Source: Octopus vulgaris
Taxonomy: Eukaryota
Direction: 5' to 3'
NCBI GenBank assembly: GCA_951406725.2
Contig: OX597817.1
Span: 121,086,001-121,150,000, forward strand
DNA: 64,000 nt
The first letter of the stretch is position 1; the number at the start of each line of letters is the position of its first letter. The notes under the pieces were generated by a model. It worked only from the letters and a program-made list of their open reading frames with translations, did not search any database and was not told the origin of the DNA. This document shows positions 58,247 to 64,000 of this stretch, in pieces. The translations under genes were made by a program, and so were the position numbers.

Positions 58247-59229
58247 TGTATATTTATATACAATATCTGCATATATATCGTACATATGAATGTGCACATT
58301 TGATTACAGAGAAAATCTTAGATAACTGCCACCTCACAGGAGTTCACAAGCAATAAGCATTCATATAGAGCCAAAAATGTATTCAAAATACAAGGCCTTA
58401 GAAGAAGCATTTCTTTATTGACGAGTGATTTGGCCTCTAACTTATTGATATATTGATGGAATTAGCCTTTACAGTAAAAGGGGAATGAGAAATAATATTA
58501 TACATTGGTAAAAGTTCTTCAGAGAAGCATTGATGAAAAATACTAATAATTAAAAGGATGATACATGGAAATTACACAATAATCAATAGAGTTTAAAAGT
58601 ATCAATGCAAAATCGATGCTGAAGCAATATTTGATCAGATATTTCTGCATTTTAATAATTATGTAGAAAATCTTGAGGCTACACGTTCCTGGTTTCTTTT
58701 ACAACAATTTCATTTAATATAAAGGGGTTGTGATTGGATTAGAAGAAAAAAAAATCAATAAAAAACAGTAAGGCTGTTTAAATATGTTTGGCTTGAGTAG
58801 GTTCTTTTCTAAGACTTTGCTGAGAATATCAACTAATTGAATCCATCTGTTGCCAAACTCTCCTGCTAGCTTTTGTTTACCAAACACTGGGAGATTTTCT
58901 ACAATCATAATCTTTTCATCCTCAGATAGTTCTATGTTCTATAAATATAGATGCTAATGATTGAATATCAAATGTTTCTTCCTTTCAGTTTACATAACGA
59001 GTGATATATTGTGCTTGTAGATGTGTGTATGTGTGTGTGTGAACACATATGAGTGTGCATTGTGCGAGTATGTCCAGTTTATGTGTGTGTGTGCGTATTG
59101 TTTGTGTTTACGACCCAGTGTATGTGTGGGTGTGAATGTGCGTTGTTTGTGTTATGTATTTCTGTAGTTTTCAAACTTTACTGAAATCTATGCATAATTC
59201 TTAATAATAATAATAATAATGATACTGTG

Positions 59230-60670
59230 TTAAATAAAGAAAGCGAGATAAGAGAATTACAACAAACACAGGCATATAAATATTTAAGAATCAATGGACT
59301 AGACAATGTATAGGACACAGAAATGAAAGAAGAGATGAAGAAGAAATATTATAGGTACATTAGATAAATACTAAAAATAAAGTAAATAGGCATGATACTC
59401 AAGCTGTTCCCATCATAAATTATACTTGTAATATTTTCAATTTGAAAAAGAACTAGAGAGAGAGAAAGAGAAGAAAAGTAGCTAAATTTTGAATATACCA
59501 TTCATCCAGCACACAGGTTACACACAGATTAAATTTATCCAGGAGAGAAGGAGTTAGTTGTGTCATGCAACTAGATGAATATTATGAAATGTCATCATAG
59601 AAATACATGCACACCTAATAAAAAAACACTGAAAATCTAACATAAATAATTTGAAAATACAAACAAAATCAAGAATCTATTTTCTGCTTTGAAGGAAGCC
59701 AAGAGATACTAAAGCAGCGATTGAAATAGCAATCAGTTATGAGGAAAAAGGAGAAGCCAAAACAGAAATTGTGGCAAAAGCTGAAAGTGAAGCTAAATGT
59801 GGTGCTACAAAATACAATGCTAAAGTGATTGTGAGAGAAACCCCAACATGGCAAACACCTTAAAAGTGTGAAACTCAACAAAGAAGATTTTGCAGAACTA
59901 ACTAAGAGCACAGAATTCAAAGATGGCAGCGAGGAATTTTTTATTGCAGTACAGGATAAGATAAGCGCCATCCTGCTGAAACCACCAAAAGCATGTAATG
60001 AAGCAAAATATATTAGTAACAACAGAATATAGAGGTTAGGAAGAAAAATTAACTATACTATCATTGGCTGCCTGGACTGAGCCAAGCAAAAATAATCCAT
60101 AAGTATAACAGAATCAATTTTAATTCTAGCATTATAAAATACCAACTGATAAAATTTGGTATAAACATACATGAGAAAATGTCATGAGGAGTAACAAAGT
60201 AACCATACTCTTTGAGACATCTATCAATGCAAACAGAGGAATCATGACCTATCTGTCAGATAATATCATCAAGGTCTGCCAGAAAAAAGAAGTGTCTACT
60301 AATCAATGTACCAATCCCAAAACGATGATGATTCAAGCTCGAAGAAACAGAGAAATTATTCAGATACCAATATTTGGAAATGGATGAAATGAATGTGAGG
60401 AATGAAAGCAGAAACAGTCCAAATATTGGTTTCAGATTTTAGCACATGACCAGTAAATTTAGGGGTGTGAGTAAGTCAATTACAACGTCCTCAGTACTCA
60501 ACTGGTACTTATTTCATTGGACCCCAAAAAGATGAAAAGCAAAGTCAACATTAGGGGAATTCGAACTCATAAATGCTGCTAAACATTTTGCCTGACATAC
60601 TAACAATTCTTCCAGTTCACCACCTTAAAACAATCCAAATATTAATAGTTTTCTTGGGAATGTTCAAAAC
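59230..60670 (+). pseudogene. Heavily decayed R4/Dong-like non-LTR retrotransposon (RT C-terminus to RLE endonuclease)
   Basis: Translations IRELQQTQAYKYLRI (YKYLG-like), RLNLSRREGVSCVMQL (RLYLPRKEGGRGL-like), KPQHGK, EFFIAVQD, VTILFETSINANRGIMTYLSDNIIK (ILWD...NRPDIII-like); many stops and frameshifts; (TAA)n immediately upstream. Confidence 0.8.
60428..60627 (-). mobile_element. Family A SINE inserted in the R4-like LINE, 16-bp TSD
   Basis: aaaca(g/a)tccaaatatt at 60412-60427 and 60628-60643. Confidence 0.85.
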
Positions 60671-60915
60671 ACTAAGCAGTGGCATGGTTGTGTGATTAAG
60701 GAGCTTGCTTCCCATCCAAGTTGTTTTGGGTTCAGTACCAATGTGTGACTCTTTGGCCAAGTGTCTTCTACTATAGCCATGATTTGACTGAAACTTTGAT
60801 GAGTGGATTTAGTAAACAGAAACTGAGAGAAGCCTGTTGTATGTCTGTGTATGTATGCTTGTATATATATATATATATATATAATTTTTAATTTGTGTGG
60901 ATGCATATAGAATAA

Positions 60916-61273
60916 TATATCAGTTGAATAAAGTTAAAACACGGTCTGGTTTTCACATTTTTTATTATGGAATTTTAACATTAAAAAAATTATTTTGTAA
61001 TGCTTATATAGTGAAACTAACACTTTCATACATAGTGTACTCACCAGATTTCAAATGTGTTTAACTGATAGTTGAGTTCTTGACAACTTTAGTTCTAATA
61101 GGTACTAAATTTGTGAAGAACTCAACTGTCAGTTAAACACATTTGAAATCTGATAAGTACACCATATACGTAAGCACTAATTTAAGTTTATGAGCATTAC
61201 AAAATAATTTTTTTAATGTTAAAATACCATAATAAAAAACATGCAAACCAGACCATGTTTTAACTTTATTCAA

Positions 61274-61281
<8 letters not shown>
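60916..61281. mobile_element. Fold-back element with ~175-bp arms, each carrying a decayed hammerhead (61013-61052 minus; 61145-61184 plus)
   Basis: atatcagttgaataaagttaaaac ... gttttaactttattcaactgatat; arm consensus gaaat-CTGATGA-gtac-acyat-gtac-GAAA-GCGC-TA-rtttc. Confidence 0.8.
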
Positions 61282-61330
<49 letters not shown>

Positions 61331-61727
61331 GAAAATCCAAATGTAGGGAATGGAGTTGGCAAAATCCTGACTGCATATGAATATAAATATATGACAAATA
61401 CTCAATGAGGGGTACTCTGCTGGGCTACTGCTCAGGCCTAAGATCTCTTAGTCAAATGAAGTTTACATTGTCATCAAGGTGTCCCCTGTTAACGTGCAGG
61501 AGATTTTATTTGCATTCATGACGACTCCAGTTGCTAACTGTAAACTATAGAACAACTTTTCAGTTTCTCGAACTTCAATATGGGAAAAATTTATTTACAG
61601 CCTTTTACGTCAATAAGTCACTGTTGTTCATGAAAGTTGCTTTTTTATACTTTCTATGGACTGCTTGACGCTTACTAGCTTCCTACAACTGGATCCTTGA
61701 ATCTTACCTCTACAGATATATATATAT

Positions 61728-61965
61728 CATCATCATCATCATCATCGTTTAGCGTCCATTTTCCATGCTAGCATGGGCTGGACGGTTCAACTGGGGTCTG
61801 TGAAGCCGGGAGGCTTCATCAGGCCTAGTCAGATCTGGCAGTGTTTCTACGGCTGGATGCCCTTCCTAATGCCAACCACTCCGTGAGTGTAGTGGGTGCT
61901 TTTTACGTGCCACCCGCACAAGTGCCAGACAGAGCTGGCAAACGGCCACAAACGGATGGTGCTTT
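61728..61965 (-). mobile_element. Young LINE 3'-UTR fragment (same family as 44408-45133)
   Basis: (cat)n-cgtttagcgtccattttccatgctagcatggg...ggatgcccttcctaatgccaaccactcc. Confidence 0.85.
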
Positions 61966-63057
61966 ATATATATATATATACATAAGCATATATGTAAGCA
62001 TGTCTGTGTGAATATCTGTATGTGTTTGTGTGTGCTCTTGCCTAGACAACATGTGATGGTTGTAAATGAGCATCATTTTCATACAACCAATGTTGTTTCT
62101 TTCCAGGTAAAAGCTGGTAACAGGAAGGGCATCTGGCCACAGAAAATCTGCCTCAACAAATTCTGTCTGAGCCATAAGTGTACTGCAACCGAAAAGAAAG
62201 TTTGTGGAGGATTGATCTACATCATCATCATCATCATAATTTAACACCAGCTTTTCAACCTTTTTTATCACTTGTGGTACACTTATATTGTTTTCAAAAG
62301 TTGGTGGCAGATCTGAGCTAAAAATATAACTAAAAGTATTGGGAAAAATTATACTTAAGTTACACTGCGGTAAACCTAGCATCATCTATATGGCATACTG
62401 GTCATGGAGTACTGATGTAGATAAATATGCAACCACAATGCTTGGACATATAATTACGCACAACACAGAGAAAATAGCACTATTAGGCTCTGCATTTATA
62501 TTATGTTAACACTTTCAGTACACTAGAAAATACAAATACTAAACCAAACACTGCATGCTTCTTAAGCACACAGAATTGCACACAGTAGTGTAATGAAAAC
62601 CTACAATGAAAAGAAGAGTAATAATTGTTTCTAATTTAGGAATAAGGCCTGAGATTTGAGGGCATTCAGGTTTAATTGTTCCCAGTATTTGGATGGTATT
62701 TTATTTCAATGAATCACAGCAGGATGAAATGCATCGTTGACCTCAGTTGAATTTGAACTCAGAATACACTGAGTTATAAGAAATATTGCAATGCATTATG
62801 TTTGATAGTCTACTATTTCTGTGAAACCACTGCTCTTATAACAACAACAACAACAACAACTCTGTTACACATGTAAATTTTTTCTCTTTTTCATTTTCTC
62901 TTTTTTTCCTTATAATTTTACTTTGTAAATGAACAATCTGGTGTGTTTATTTTACGGCCCTATTAATCTATACAGTGAGTTTCTTTGCACTGGGTATCAG
63001 GAAGACACTTGGCAAGAAATGGAAACAAAACTGAAAGAAGAAAAACTAATAATGATG

Positions 63058-63133
<76 letters not shown>

Positions 63134-63271
63134 CAACAACAACAACAATGGTTTCAAATTCAGCCACTAGAGCAACTGGTACTTATTTTGTCGACCCTGA
63201 AAGGATGAAAGTTAAAATCAATCTCATCGGAATTTGAACTCATAATGTAGTGGCAGATGAATGCCACTTTA

Positions 63272-63312
<41 letters not shown>

Positions 63313-63321
63313 TAATAATAA

Positions 63322-63866
63322 TACCAGGCAGTGGTTCTCATGGCTTCTGATCTTAACTGATTGGAAGTGTTATCATGTACATTGTTTTGTCTTGGTATAA
63401 AAGATGGGCTACAGCAAATATTCTGCACAGTACCACAGAGTTGCTTGTCAGTTGTTTGATCTTAACCAGTTGAGCATGTTTCTTAGTGGCTGATGATATG
63501 TGCATCCCTGATCACAAGCTGATGTTGTGGGGGAGCATCATGACCATGTGTTGAGAGGAAGTCTTTGGGGTTTTGGATAATTAACCTTTGGAGATATGGG
63601 TGTTTCATTGAACATCCTTAAACAACTCTTATTCAGGGACCTTTTGAGTGGGATGGGCTACTCAACCTGAAGAAAATTCTAACTGGGCCCCACTGCAACG
63701 TCATGCACTGCCTATCTTGATATGAGATCGCCATGTCACGCACATATGGCTGTGATGCATGTGCCTGTTGTACCCTTATCAGAATGGGTAGTCATGATAG
63801 GTATATTGGGTTTCATATATTTTACTCCAGGGTCACTCTGATGGCATGCACTGCCCTCTCACTCGA
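63322..63866. mobile_element. ~545-bp interspersed element embedded in (TAA)n
   Basis: Complex sequence bounded by (TAA)n on both sides; 63410-63580 is homologous to the interiors of 16158-16645 and 39213-39725. Confidence 0.7.
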
Positions 63867-63965
63867 TAATAATAATAATAATAAAAATAATAATAATAAT
63901 ATTAATAATAATAATGATAAAAATAATAATAACAACAACAATAATATTAATAATAATAATAAATC

Positions 63966-63998
<33 letters not shown>

Positions 63999-64000
63999 GT

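Noticed and set aside
57471-58312. 12-bp inverted match tctctgtaatca / tgattacagaga
   Set aside because: Does not extend; compatible with chance

Overview
AT-rich, repeat-saturated eukaryotic DNA, either intronic or intergenic. The repeat landscape (tRNA-derived SINEs, very long (TA)n/(CA)n/(TAA)n tracts, RTE-type LINE tails) looks like an octopus/coleoid cephalopod genome; this is an inference, not a database result. No intact host protein-coding gene is recognisable, and almost all listed ORFs are microsatellite read-through. Recognisable coding remnants are all from transposons: two RTE-like LINE 3' ends, a decayed R4/Dong-like RLE LINE and a Tc1 transposase C-terminus. There are also piggyBac-, hAT- and mariner-type MITEs and a small Helitron. 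The main hidden signal is about a dozen type I hammerhead ribozyme motifs, intact to decayed, from several unrelated-looking sequence families. Most lie in short non-coding elements embedded in or next to (TA)n tracts, often in fold-back (palindromic) arrangement. The best example is a 1.4-kb palindrome at 25406-26815, built from a 534-nt tandem monomer with one intact hammerhead per arm. This is the architecture expected of non-autonomous Penelope-like elements or retrozymes. Everything was read by eye; boundaries are approximate to a few bases and nothing was checked by search or folding software.
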